Assembly (NCBI GenBank): GCA_964426485.1
Contig: CAYRQX010000015.1
Span: 7,899-71,898, forward strand
From: an uncultured Sphingopyxis sp.
Lineage (GTDB): Bacteria > Pseudomonadota > Alphaproteobacteria > Sphingomonadales > Sphingomonadaceae
Direction of reading: 5' to 3'
DNA length: 64,000 nucleotides
Under the pieces are notes generated by a model. That model was not told the origin of the DNA. It saw only the letters and a program-made list of their open reading frames with translations, and did no database searches. The position numbers and the translations under genes were made by a program. This document shows, one piece after another, positions 37,813 through 46,971 of this stretch; the stretch's first letter is position 1, and each line of letters starts with the position of its first letter.

Positions 37813-37964
37813 TAACGGCGGGAAGCGACCCGAAGCGGAGCTATCCTTCATCGTCACCCCGGACTTGATCCGGGGTCCATGACTGCAGCGCTGCCGTGGA
37901 TCCCGGATCAAGTCCGGGATGACGAATGATGGGTACGTCCGCCATCCACCCCAAACCAGACATC
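37813..37964 (-). repeat. Composite element: L hairpin + CGTC-type REP doublet + R hairpin (copy 2)
   Basis: Near-identical to 21512-21660 over about 120 bp, including the loop TGACTGCAGCGCTGCCG. Confidence 0.9.
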
Positions 37965-37980
37965 GGCATCGGGCGGGCAT

Positions 37981-38778
37981 TTATCGCCCCAATATGTCCA
38001 CAATCCGCGCTGCCAGCCACTCTCCATCGTCGCCGGCAAAACTGTGTGATGCGCTGGCAAGGCGCTCGACCGGAACGCAGTTCAGTGCTGCCGGGCAATT
38101 TTCCACGAACGCCTGCGCGGTCCGATCGCCGGTCGCGAGCAGGATGATGACGGGGCAGGCGAGGATGGCCACCGCATTGTCAATCCGCGACGCTAGACCA
38201 TCAGGCGCAGGGGGTGCAGCCGGCGTCTTGAGCGCCGAAAGACCCCGGAATAATTTGCGGAAATCGACCTCGCCCCTGATCAGCCTCAGCAGGCTTTTCG
38301 GGTCCTTCAGCCGCGCCAGATAGCGCGCGCGGATCGCCGAAGCCGGCGGCAGCGCCGGCGCCTCGGCGTCTTCCGCGTCACCGTCATATGTCCACGGATT
38401 GGCGACGATCAGGCCATTGAACGAGAGCGGCTGATGAAGCAGCAGCGCGCTCGCGGCATCGCAATTGCCGAACGCGATAATCCGCGAGACATGCGGCGCC
38501 GCCTCGCGGAACGCGGCAATCGCCGCCCTGATATCGGGCCCGCTGCTCTCGAACCCGCCGTTCGCGCCTTCGCTGTCGCCGATCCCGCGCCGGTCGAACC
38601 GAAACACCGGATAGCCCGCCTCGGCGATCCGTGCCGCCAGCATCGCCATGCCGCGATGCGCGCCGCTGCGGATTTCATTGCCCCCTGACACGATCAGCAG
38701 GCCCGTGCCGCCCGCCGCGTCGTCGAGGCTCGCCGCGAGCGTCGCGCCTTCGCAGGCGAAATTCAGCTGATGCCGCAT
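37981..38778 (-). CDS. Exosortase A system-associated hydrolase 1
   Basis: GGNEIRSGAHRG, FDRRGIGDSEG, GNCDAASA, ANPW, HSF; locus context. Confidence 0.88.
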   Translation of the reverse strand: MRHQLNFACEGATLAASLDDAAGGTGLLIVSGGNEIRSGAHRGMAMLAARIAEAGYPVFRFDRRGIGDSEGANGGFESSGPDIRAAIAAFREAAPHVSRIIAFGNCDAASALLLHQPLSFNGLIVANPWTYDGDAEDAEAPALPPASAIRARYLARLKDPKSLLRLIRGEVDFRKLFRGLSALKTPAAPPAPDGLASRIDNAVAILACPVIILLATGDRTAQAFVENCPAALNCVPVERLASASHSFAGDDGEWLAARIVDILGR

Positions 38779-39431
38779 GTCTTGCTCCATGCGGAAATAT
38801 CGGCGGCGATCGCCGCCGCCATCGCGGCATCTTCGCCGGGTTCGGCGCGCAACCACAGCGGCGTTCCCGCGATACCGTCGGCGCCGAGCCCGACGCTGCG
38901 CAAAGGGTCGACCGCCTCCGCTTCGCTGGTGCCGAGCTGCGCAATCATGGTGGGCGACAATCGGTTGCCGGCAAGCAACAGCGGCGCGGTTTTCGCTTCG
39001 TCCTGCAGACTTTCAAGCGAAGATGACACGCCTGCCTCGCGGTCGGCGCTTACCCGCGCGCGCATCAAGGTGCGGAGCAGCGACGCCCCGCCGGCGGGTG
39101 CAAGGCGCCACCATGCTCTGGCTTGCGCCTTATGATCGATCAGCGCCCCGCCGCGAAACGAAGCTATGATGGTCGGGCCATCGATTCCGGAGACCACCTC
39201 GGCAAGCGCATCCCGCCAGCACGCCAGATCGACCTCGACGAGCGGAACAAGGCTCTCATTCTGCCCCGGCAGGTCCGGAAGCACCGCCGCAAACCCCTCG
39301 GCCGCCAGCGCGCGCATGGCGAGCACCAGCGTGCGGCGCGTGCGGTTCGCCTCCTCGAACAGCGGCGGGACGATCAGGATGGTGGCGCGGGGTGTGCCCG
39401 CACAGTCGATGCGCAGGATATGTTCGCTCAT
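38763..39431 (-). CDS. Exosortase A system-associated hydrolase 2-like
   Basis: PPLFEEANRTRR, PDLPGQNES; adjacent to hydrolase 1. Confidence 0.8.
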   Translation of the reverse strand: MSEHILRIDCAGTPRATILIVPPLFEEANRTRRTLVLAMRALAAEGFAAVLPDLPGQNESLVPLVEVDLACWRDALAEVVSGIDGPTIIASFRGGALIDHKAQARAWWRLAPAGGASLLRTLMRARVSADREAGVSSSLESLQDEAKTAPLLLAGNRLSPTMIAQLGTSEAEAVDPLRSVGLGADGIAGTPLWLRAEPGEDAAMAAAIAADISAWSKTCGIS

Positions 39432-39445
39432 GCGCGCATCCGGGC

Positions 39446-39712
39446 TCAGTCGGTCGCTTTGCGCAGCGAAAAGGTGAGCAAATTGCCGTATGTTTCGAAG
39501 ATTTCGCCGTCGATCTCGTCATCGTCGATCAGGATGCCGAGCCGGTCTTCCATCTCGGTCAGCACCGTCGCGACCGCCATCGAATCGAATTCGGGCAGCG
39601 CACCGAAAAGTCCGCTGTCTTCTCTCAGCGCCGCGGCGCGCGCTTCGCCGAGCCCCAGCACATCGGCGAGCAGGGCGCGAAGGGTGGCGTCGACGGAACT
39701 GCTATCGGTCAC
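39446..39712 (-). CDS. Acyl carrier protein (EPS-locus type)
   Basis: LFGALPEFDSMAV phosphopantetheine Ser motif; GTG start with GAGG RBS. Confidence 0.88.
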   Translation of the reverse strand: MTDSSSVDATLRALLADVLGLGEARAAALREDSGLFGALPEFDSMAVATVLTEMEDRLGILIDDDEIDGEIFETYGNLLTFSLRKATD

Positions 39713-40704
39713 TTGTCTTTCCTCAATAGGGAACGGGCAAAGATCTTCAACGCCGGCCCCCATGCCGCGACGCGCGACGGATTGAAAGCCTCGATACGCC
39801 ACAACGGGTCGTGCCGGTTCATCCAGTCGCGCTTGTAGCCGTCGTTGCCGGTACCGAAATCGACGCGCTTCACGCCATCGATCTCGATCACATGGCGGAA
39901 CAAGGCTGCCGACAGCAGGGTGCCCGGCGACGCTTTCAAACTGTCCTCGACATGCGCGAGCTTGTGGATGAACGCCGTGCCATCCTCGACGGTCCAAAAT
40001 TGCGCGGCGACGGGCACGCCGTCGATGCGCGCGATCCCCATACGCAGCCGCCCCCCGATACTTTCGCACTCGGCAAAGCCGCGCAGCAGCGCGGGGTGTC
40101 CCTCTTCGGGTTTCCAGCTCGCGGCATAAATTTGTTCGTACGCCGCCCAGCTTCCCGGGTCGAATTCGGTGAGCAGCTGGATATCGACGACGCCCTTCTT
40201 CGCCTTGCGCTGGACGGTGCTGCGCAGCGCCCCCGGCCGGCTCGCCCACCATCTATCATGGTCCATGTCGCCCAGCTCGAGCCAATGGCGGTCGCCCGCC
40301 GGGGTTGCCTTCACCCACCAGCCCGCGGCACGAAGCGCGGCGGCAAGCTCTTCGGTGTCGAGCAGGGGATAGAGCGTCAGGCGGTTGGCGTTGCGGCGAA
40401 GATCGGCAAAGAGCATCCGCAAGGCGTCGCTTCGTCCTTCGTCGCCGGTAAAGAGCGGACGGATCGAAAAGCTGTACCAGTTGGTGAGCCCGGCGAATTC
40501 GCCCGGCTTCTCGACTCGCAGCGGCAGCCACGCCGTCGTCGACCCGGCGCTGGCATGGGCATCGAGACGGCCCCGGCCGGCAAAGCCATGCGCCTCCAGC
40601 AAATCGAACCAGGACGCGCGATCGAAGGGCGACGCAAAGCCGGCCGCGCGCGCCGTGGCGGGCAGCCGCATATCATTAGCCTGATGTTCACCGTTCCCTT
40701 GCAT
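39709..40704 (-). CDS. GNAT/CelD-like acyltransferase
   Basis: IYAASWKPEEG, PVAAQFW, AFIHKLAH, SPGTLL, VDFGTGNDGYKRDW. Confidence 0.82.
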   Translation of the reverse strand: MQGNGEHQANDMRLPATARAAGFASPFDRASWFDLLEAHGFAGRGRLDAHASAGSTTAWLPLRVEKPGEFAGLTNWYSFSIRPLFTGDEGRSDALRMLFADLRRNANRLTLYPLLDTEELAAALRAAGWWVKATPAGDRHWLELGDMDHDRWWASRPGALRSTVQRKAKKGVVDIQLLTEFDPGSWAAYEQIYAASWKPEEGHPALLRGFAECESIGGRLRMGIARIDGVPVAAQFWTVEDGTAFIHKLAHVEDSLKASPGTLLSAALFRHVIEIDGVKRVDFGTGNDGYKRDWMNRHDPLWRIEAFNPSRVAAWGPALKIFARSLLRKDK

Positions 40705-40739
40705 GGTGCTGCCCTCTATCACTCCACTCCTAACAGCCG

Positions 40740-42272
40740 ATGACCAAAGCCGAAAACCCATCTTCCAGGCCGATCGACCATCTCGCCCGCTGCGGCGGCG
40801 CCGACGCGCCTGCGCTGCTTGTCGGCGACAGGGTCACGACCTTCGCCGATCTCGACGTTGGCGTGGGACGGCTCGCGTCATGGCTGCTCGAACAGGCCGG
40901 CGGCCCCGGCGAACGCGTCGCAAGCTGGAGCGCGAAGACGCGGCTCGCCTGCCTGATGCCGCTCGCCGCAGCGCGCGCGGGGTTGATCCATGTGCCGGTC
41001 AATCCGTTGCTCAAGGGGCCGCAGGTCGCGCATATCCTGTCCGACAGCGGCGCAAAACTGCTCGTCACCAACGGCGCACGCGCCGAGATGCTAGGCGATG
41101 GCCCGCCCGACGAATGCGTGGTGCAGGATCTCAAGATCGGTGAGGACGTCATTGATTCGGGCGGGCAGGGGCTGCCGCCGTCGGTCGCCGAACCCGACGA
41201 TCTTGCCGCCATCCTCTATACCAGCGGATCGACGGGGCGGCCCAAGGGCGTGATGCTCAGCCACGCGAACCTGTGGCTGGGGGCCGAGAGCGTCGCCTCC
41301 TATCTGAAGATCATGCCCGACGACCGCGTCCTCGGCGTGCTGGCGCTCAGTTTCGATTATGGCCAGAACCAGCTGCTTTCGAGCTGGTATGCGGGGGCGG
41401 CGGTCGCGCCGCTCGACTATCTGACCGCGCGTGACGTCGTGAAGGCGGTGGCGCGGCACAAGGCGACGACGCTCGCGGGCGTGCCGCCGCTCTGGGTGCA
41501 ACTCGTCGAGGCCGAATGGCCCGCCGAAACGGCGGTGCATTTGAAACGCTTGACCAACAGCGGCGGCGCGCTCACTCCGTTGCTGATCGACGCGATGCGC
41601 CGGACCTTCCCCAACGCCGATATCTATCCGATGTACGGGCTGACCGAGGCGTTCCGCTCGACCTATCTCGACCCGAAATATGTTGCCGACCATCCGACCT
41701 CGATGGGCCGCGCGATCCCGCATGCCGAGATTCTGGTGTGCCGTCCCGACGGCACGATCACCGCCGACGAGGAACCGGGCGAACTCGTCCATTGCGGCCC
41801 GCTCGTCGCCAAGGGCTATTGGCAGGATGAAGAACGCACCGCGCAGCGCTTCAAACCGGCGCCGCGCGCGTCCGAATATGGCGGCATGGCGGTGTGGTCG
41901 GGCGATACGGTGCGCCGCGACGCCAATCGTCTGCTTTATTTCGTCGGCCGCGATGATGCGATGATCAAGACCGCGGGCAATCGCGTCAGCCCGACCGAGG
42001 TCGAGGATGTCGCGGTCGCATCGAGGCTGATCTACGAAGCGGTCGCGTTCGGTGTGCCCGATCCGCGGCTCGGCGCCGCGATCATCCTCATCGTTCGCGG
42101 CAAGGACGGCGTCGCCGACGAAGAGGGGCTGCGCGCCGATCTGCGCCAGAATCTTCCCAATTTCATGCAGCCGCAGACGATCGAATGGCGCGATGAATTG
42201 CCGCGCAATCCCAATGGCAAGCTCGACCGCGTGGCAATTGCCGCCGGCTGGGCGAAGGAGCCCATGGCATGA
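40740..42272 (+). CDS. Acyl-CoA ligase (AMP-forming), exosortase A-associated
   Basis: YTSGSTGRPKGV, YGLTEAFRS, SGDTV, GRDDAMIKTAGNRVSP, NPNGK. Confidence 0.92.
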   Translation: MTKAENPSSRPIDHLARCGGADAPALLVGDRVTTFADLDVGVGRLASWLLEQAGGPGERVASWSAKTRLACLMPLAAARAGLIHVPVNPLLKGPQVAHILSDSGAKLLVTNGARAEMLGDGPPDECVVQDLKIGEDVIDSGGQGLPPSVAEPDDLAAILYTSGSTGRPKGVMLSHANLWLGAESVASYLKIMPDDRVLGVLALSFDYGQNQLLSSWYAGAAVAPLDYLTARDVVKAVARHKATTLAGVPPLWVQLVEAEWPAETAVHLKRLTNSGGALTPLLIDAMRRTFPNADIYPMYGLTEAFRSTYLDPKYVADHPTSMGRAIPHAEILVCRPDGTITADEEPGELVHCGPLVAKGYWQDEERTAQRFKPAPRASEYGGMAVWSGDTVRRDANRLLYFVGRDDAMIKTAGNRVSPTEVEDVAVASRLIYEAVAFGVPDPRLGAAIILIVRGKDGVADEEGLRADLRQNLPNFMQPQTIEWRDELPRNPNGKLDRVAIAAGWAKEPMA

Positions 42273-43498
42273 AACCACACGGCCCGATCCCGCCCGGCTT
42301 CCGCGCTGATGCAAGCCACATGCTGCTCATCGGCGGCGACCGTGCCGAGGCGCTCGCCGACGTCGCGGGCGATACGCCGCTGTTCGTTTACGACAGCGCG
42401 ATGCTCACCGCGCGCATCGCCGAATGGCGCGCCGCGATGCCCGCCGACGTCCAGCTGCACTATGCGATAAAGGCGAACCCCTATGCGCCTTTGCTCGCCT
42501 TCATGGCGCGGCTCGTCGACGGCTTCGACGTCGCCTCGGGCGGCGAGCTCAAAGCCGCGCTTGCCAGCGGGATGCCGGCGGGCGACATCAGTTTCGCGGG
42601 CCCCGGCAAGCGCGACCGCGAACTCGAAGCGACGATCAGCGCGGGCGCGACGCTCAACCTCGAATCGGTGGGCGAGGCCGAACGGGCGCTGTCGATTGCG
42701 AACCACCTCGGCCTCACGCCCAGCCTCGCGGTGCGCGTCAATCCCGACTTCGACCTCAAAGGGTCGGGCATGAAGATGGGCGGCGGCGCCAAGCCATTCG
42801 GCGTCGACGCCGCCGAAGTCCCCGCGCTCGTCCGCCGCCTGATCGATGCCGGCGCCGACTGGCAGGGTTTCCATATTTTCGCGGGATCGCAGGCACTTGA
42901 TGCCGCCGCCATCGCCGACACGCAGGCGCAGACCGTCGCGCTCGCCGCGCGGCTTGCGAATAAGATCGGGGAGACCCCGCCGCTCGTCAATCTCGGCGGC
43001 GGCATGGGGGTGCCCTATTTTCCCGGCGACAAGCCGGTCGATGTCGCCGCAGTCGGCGCGGCGCTCGGCGAGACGCTCGCGGCGCGCGACCCGGTCCTTA
43101 CAAAGAGCCATTTTGCGATGGAACTGGGCCGCTGGCTCGTGGCCGAAGCCGGTGTCTATCTGACCCGCATCGTCGACCGGAAGACCAGCCATGGCGAAAC
43201 CTTCCTCGTCACCGACGGCGGCCTCCACCACCAGCTCGCCGCGAGCGGCAATTTCGGTACGGTGATCCGGCGCAATTATCCGATCGCGGTCGCAGGCGCC
43301 TTCGGCAACGAGCCCGCCGAAACCGTCTCGGTGGTCGGCTGCCTCTGCACCCCGCTCGACCGCCTTGGCGATCAGGTCGCGCTCCCTCGCGCCGAGGTCG
43401 GCGACCTCATCGCGATCTTCCTCGCCGGCGCCTATGGTGCGAGCGCGAGCCCCGCGACCTTCCTGGGCCAGGGTCCGGCGCGCGAAATGCTCGTCTGA
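42269..43498 (+). CDS. PLP-dependent decarboxylase (LysA-like fold), exosortase A-associated
   Basis: HYAIKANP, DVASGGE, FAGPGK, NLGGG, ELGR, GCLCTPLD, GAYG. Confidence 0.92.
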   Translation: MKPHGPIPPGFRADASHMLLIGGDRAEALADVAGDTPLFVYDSAMLTARIAEWRAAMPADVQLHYAIKANPYAPLLAFMARLVDGFDVASGGELKAALASGMPAGDISFAGPGKRDRELEATISAGATLNLESVGEAERALSIANHLGLTPSLAVRVNPDFDLKGSGMKMGGGAKPFGVDAAEVPALVRRLIDAGADWQGFHIFAGSQALDAAAIADTQAQTVALAARLANKIGETPPLVNLGGGMGVPYFPGDKPVDVAAVGAALGETLAARDPVLTKSHFAMELGRWLVAEAGVYLTRIVDRKTSHGETFLVTDGGLHHQLAASGNFGTVIRRNYPIAVAGAFGNEPAETVSVVGCLCTPLDRLGDQVALPRAEVGDLIAIFLAGAYGASASPATFLGQGPAREMLV

Positions 43499-43672
43499 TA
43501 CGCGTCAACCTGTTCCTTATCGGGACATGTTCCGACGAACGCGATCCAAACTTATGTCAATACTAACATTATGTTCACCCTTTTCGAGCAATGGCGGAAG
43601 CTGACACAATGGCTGTCGCCGCGGAGTTTCCGGACCGCGGCTCCCCCGGCGGCCCCGAAAGGTTGATGGATT

Positions 43673-44329
43673 ATGGCTTCGTTCCCCTCGCTCCGCCTCG
43701 CGCGCGCCGCGCTCGCCTCGGGCATTGCCGCGACCGCGCTGACCGGCTGCATGGGCGCCGGCGGGACCGCGCCGCAGCTGCCGAGCGCGAATTTCGTCCA
43801 GAATCAGGAAGGGCCGGGCGAAGAATATATCATCGGCCCGCTCGACGAGCTCCAGATCTTCGTCTGGCGCAACCCCGAACTCGGGGGCAAGGTGCAGGTG
43901 CGCCCCGATGGCCGCATCACCACCCCGCTGATCACCGACATGCCCGCCGTGGGCAAGACCCCCACGATGCTGCAACAGGATCTCAAGCTCCAGCTCAGCC
44001 AATATATCACCGATCCGATCGTCAGCGTCATCGTCACCAGCTTCAACAGCACCTTCTCGCAGCAGGTGCGCGTCGTCGGCGCCACCGAAAAACCGGCGTC
44101 TATCCCGTTCCGCGCCAACATGACCGTGCTCGACGCAATGATTGCAGTGGGCGGCCTGGGCGAATATGCCGCTGGGAACAAGGCGCGACTCGTCCGTTTC
44201 GACAAGGGCAGTGGGAAGCAGCAGGAGTTCGGCCTACGGCTGAACGACCTGATCAAGCGCGGCGATATCAAGGCGAACGTGCGGCTTCAGCCGGGCGATG
44301 TGATCATCATCCCCGAAAGCATGTTCTGA
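43673..44329 (+). CDS. Polysaccharide export lipoprotein (Wza-like), PEP-CTERM system
   Basis: Lipobox LTGC, YIIGPLDELQIFVW, VRPDGRITTP, LQPGDVIIIPES. Confidence 0.9.
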   Translation: MASFPSLRLARAALASGIAATALTGCMGAGGTAPQLPSANFVQNQEGPGEEYIIGPLDELQIFVWRNPELGGKVQVRPDGRITTPLITDMPAVGKTPTMLQQDLKLQLSQYITDPIVSVIVTSFNSTFSQQVRVVGATEKPASIPFRANMTVLDAMIAVGGLGEYAAGNKARLVRFDKGSGKQQEFGLRLNDLIKRGDIKANVRLQPGDVIIIPESMF

Positions 44330-44377
44330 TATCGACCGGCCGCCACCCACCCATCTCCCAAGGATAGATTGCGAGCG

Positions 44378-45919
44378 ATGAACAGCCTTTACGACGAATT
44401 CCGGGTAGCGCTGCATAGCGTCTGGACGCGCCGGTGGCTCGTGCTCGCGGTGGCGTGGGGCATCTGCATCCTCGGCTGGCTGGCGATCGCGTCGATCCCC
44501 AACCGCTACGACAGCCGCGCGCGCCTGCTCGTCGAAGTCAACGAAATCCTGCCCGACGACGCGCAGGGTGTCGGCGGGCGTCCGCAGCTCGACCAGATCC
44601 GCGAGACGCTGACCAGCGCGCGCAACATGGAAAAGGTCGCCGCCACCACCGGTCTGCTCCCCGCCGGCGCGGGTGAGCGCGAAAAGGCCGGCACCGTCGC
44701 GATGCTGCAAAAGAATATCAAGGTCATCCCCCAGCAGGACAATATCTTTGAAATCACCTCGAGCGTCGCGGTCGGCAGCCTGTCCGACGCCGACAATGCC
44801 AAGCTCGCATCGGGGGTGCTGGACAGCCTGATCACCGTGTTCCGCGACGACCAGCTGCGCGGCGGCCGGATGAACGCGCGCGAGGGCCTCAAATTCCTCG
44901 ACGCGCAGATAGCCGACCGCGAAAAGGCGCTGCGCGAGGTCGAAGCGCGCCGCGGCGCGTTCGAGGCGCAAAATATCGGCCTGATCCCCGGCGGCAGCGG
45001 ATCGCCCGCCCAGCGCGTCGAAGCCGCGCGCGCCGAACTTGGCCAGATCGATTCGCAGCTCGTGTCGGCGCAGGCGCAACTTGCCGCCGCGAACGGCCAG
45101 CTGGCCTCGACCCCCGCGACGATCAACATTCCCGGCATGGGCAGCGTCGGCGGCGGTGTTGCGCGCCAGCAGCTTGCCGGCGCGCAGAACGAACTGTCGT
45201 CGATGCGTGCGCGCGGGCTGACCGACGCGCACCCCGACGTCATCGCACTCAAAAGCCAGATCGCCTCGCTGAAGGCCATGGCCGACCGCGAAGGCGCCGG
45301 CGGCGGTGGGGGCGGCAATTCGCAGAACCCCGCTTATGCCTCGCTGTCGGCGATGCGCGCCGAGCGCCAGGCGACCGTCAGCGCGCTGTCATCGCGCAAG
45401 GCGCAGCTTACCGGCGACATCGCGCGCATCACGTCGCAGCAGATCCAGAACCCCGGCATCGCCGCCGAGTACGACCGGATCAACGGCGAATATACCGCGT
45501 TCAAGGCGCAGTACGACAAATTGCTTGCGCAGCGCGAACAGGTCCGCATGCGCGGCGAGGTCCAGACCGAAACCGACGCGATCAAGATCGAACTGCTCGA
45601 CCCGCCGTCGAAACCGACGAGCCCGGCGGCGCCCAACCGGCCTCTGTTCCTGACCCTCGTGCTGCTCGCGGGAATCGGCGGGGGCGTCGGCGCGGCCTTC
45701 GGCCTCGGCCAGGTCCGCACCAGTTACGCGACCGCCGCGAAGCTGGAACGCGCCAGCGGCCTGCCGGTGATCGGGTCGATTACTGAGGTCGTGACGGCGG
45801 AACGCCATCTCGACCGGCGCAAGAAGCTCGTCTGGCTGGCGGGTGGCGGCGGCGCGCTCGTCGGGCTCTACGCCTTGTTGCTGGTCGCCGAGTTTATCCA
45901 GCGCGGCATGGTTGCGTGA
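44378..45919 (+). CDS. Polysaccharide chain length determinant, PEP-CTERM system
   Basis: N- and C-terminal TM helices, long coiled coil, YTxxHPDV-like LTDAHPDV, PSKP.P..PNR. Confidence 0.88.
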   Translation: MNSLYDEFRVALHSVWTRRWLVLAVAWGICILGWLAIASIPNRYDSRARLLVEVNEILPDDAQGVGGRPQLDQIRETLTSARNMEKVAATTGLLPAGAGEREKAGTVAMLQKNIKVIPQQDNIFEITSSVAVGSLSDADNAKLASGVLDSLITVFRDDQLRGGRMNAREGLKFLDAQIADREKALREVEARRGAFEAQNIGLIPGGSGSPAQRVEAARAELGQIDSQLVSAQAQLAAANGQLASTPATINIPGMGSVGGGVARQQLAGAQNELSSMRARGLTDAHPDVIALKSQIASLKAMADREGAGGGGGGNSQNPAYASLSAMRAERQATVSALSSRKAQLTGDIARITSQQIQNPGIAAEYDRINGEYTAFKAQYDKLLAQREQVRMRGEVQTETDAIKIELLDPPSKPTSPAAPNRPLFLTLVLLAGIGGGVGAAFGLGQVRTSYATAAKLERASGLPVIGSITEVVTAERHLDRRKKLVWLAGGGGALVGLYALLLVAEFIQRGMVA

Positions 45920-45933
45920 CGGGGGACGATGAC

Positions 45934-46971
45934 ATGAACGATCAACGCAAAGTCAAGCGTCCGCCCTCGCTCCTCGAACGCGCAGCCGACATGTTCGGCC
46001 TCGATCCCGCCGCCAATGCGCCGACGATCGACGTGTCGCAACTGCCGCCCGAAACGCGCAAAAAGGCGAAGAAGGCGAACCCGGCCGAGGCCGCCGAGCC
46101 CGTCGCGGAAACGCCGCAGCCCGAAATTCTCGACCCTGTCGTCGACGCGGCGGCCGCCGTCGAAGCCGCACCCGCCCCACCCAAGCCGTCGCCGCGCAAG
46201 GACGTCGCCAAGGCGGCGCCCGCCATCGTGCCGACGCGTCAGGGAACGGTCGACCGCGCACGCCTCGCATCGCGCGGCATGATCGTGCCCGGCACGCCCG
46301 TCACCGGCATTTCCGAAGAATATCGCATCGTGAAGCGCGAGCTGATCCGAAATTTCGGCGGCGCCGGCAATCGTCCGATCCTGCCGCGCGGCCATCGCGT
46401 GCTGATCGCATCGGCGAACCCGGGCGAAGGCAAGACCTTCTCGGCGGTCAATCTCGCGCTTAGCTTGGCGGTCGAGGCCGACCATGACGTGCTGCTGATC
46501 GACGCCGACATCGCGAAGCCGAGCGTGCTCGAAGCCCTGGGGCTCGAAGACGGACCCGGCCTGATGGACGCGCTCGCCGACCCGCATTTGCCGCTCGGCG
46601 ACTGCCTGATCCAGACCGACATAGCGGGCCTCAAGGTCATGCCCGCGGGCACCGGCCATATGCACGATACCGAACTCCTCGCTTCGGCGCGGACCGAGGC
46701 TTTGTTCACGCAGCTCGAACAGGGCGCGCCGGGCCGGATCCTCATCATCGATTCGCCGCCGGTGCTCGCGGCATCGCCCGCGGCGGTGCTCGCGGGGCAT
46801 GTTGGGCAGACGATCATGGTCGTGCGCGCCGACGAAACGCTCGAATCGGCGCTGCGCGACGCGATCGGCCTGATGGGCGCCTGTCCCCATATCCAACTGC
46901 TCCTCAACGGGGTCAAATTCTCGCCGGGCGGACGCCGCTTCGGGACTTATTACGGACAGGGAGGCGCATGA
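45934..46971 (+). CDS. BY-kinase (polysaccharide tyrosine autokinase)
   Basis: EEYRIVKR, SANPGEGKT, LIDAD, IIDSPP, C-terminal Tyr cluster GTYYG. Confidence 0.88.
   Translation: MNDQRKVKRPPSLLERAADMFGLDPAANAPTIDVSQLPPETRKKAKKANPAEAAEPVAETPQPEILDPVVDAAAAVEAAPAPPKPSPRKDVAKAAPAIVPTRQGTVDRARLASRGMIVPGTPVTGISEEYRIVKRELIRNFGGAGNRPILPRGHRVLIASANPGEGKTFSAVNLALSLAVEADHDVLLIDADIAKPSVLEALGLEDGPGLMDALADPHLPLGDCLIQTDIAGLKVMPAGTGHMHDTELLASARTEALFTQLEQGAPGRILIIDSPPVLAASPAAVLAGHVGQTIMVVRADETLESALRDAIGLMGACPHIQLLLNGVKFSPGGRRFGTYYGQGGA

Noticed and set aside
21532-37942. Repeated palindromes as a CRISPR array or integron attC array
   Set aside because: Copies are dispersed, not regularly spaced, have no unique spacers, no cas or intI gene is present, and no attC core consensus was found.
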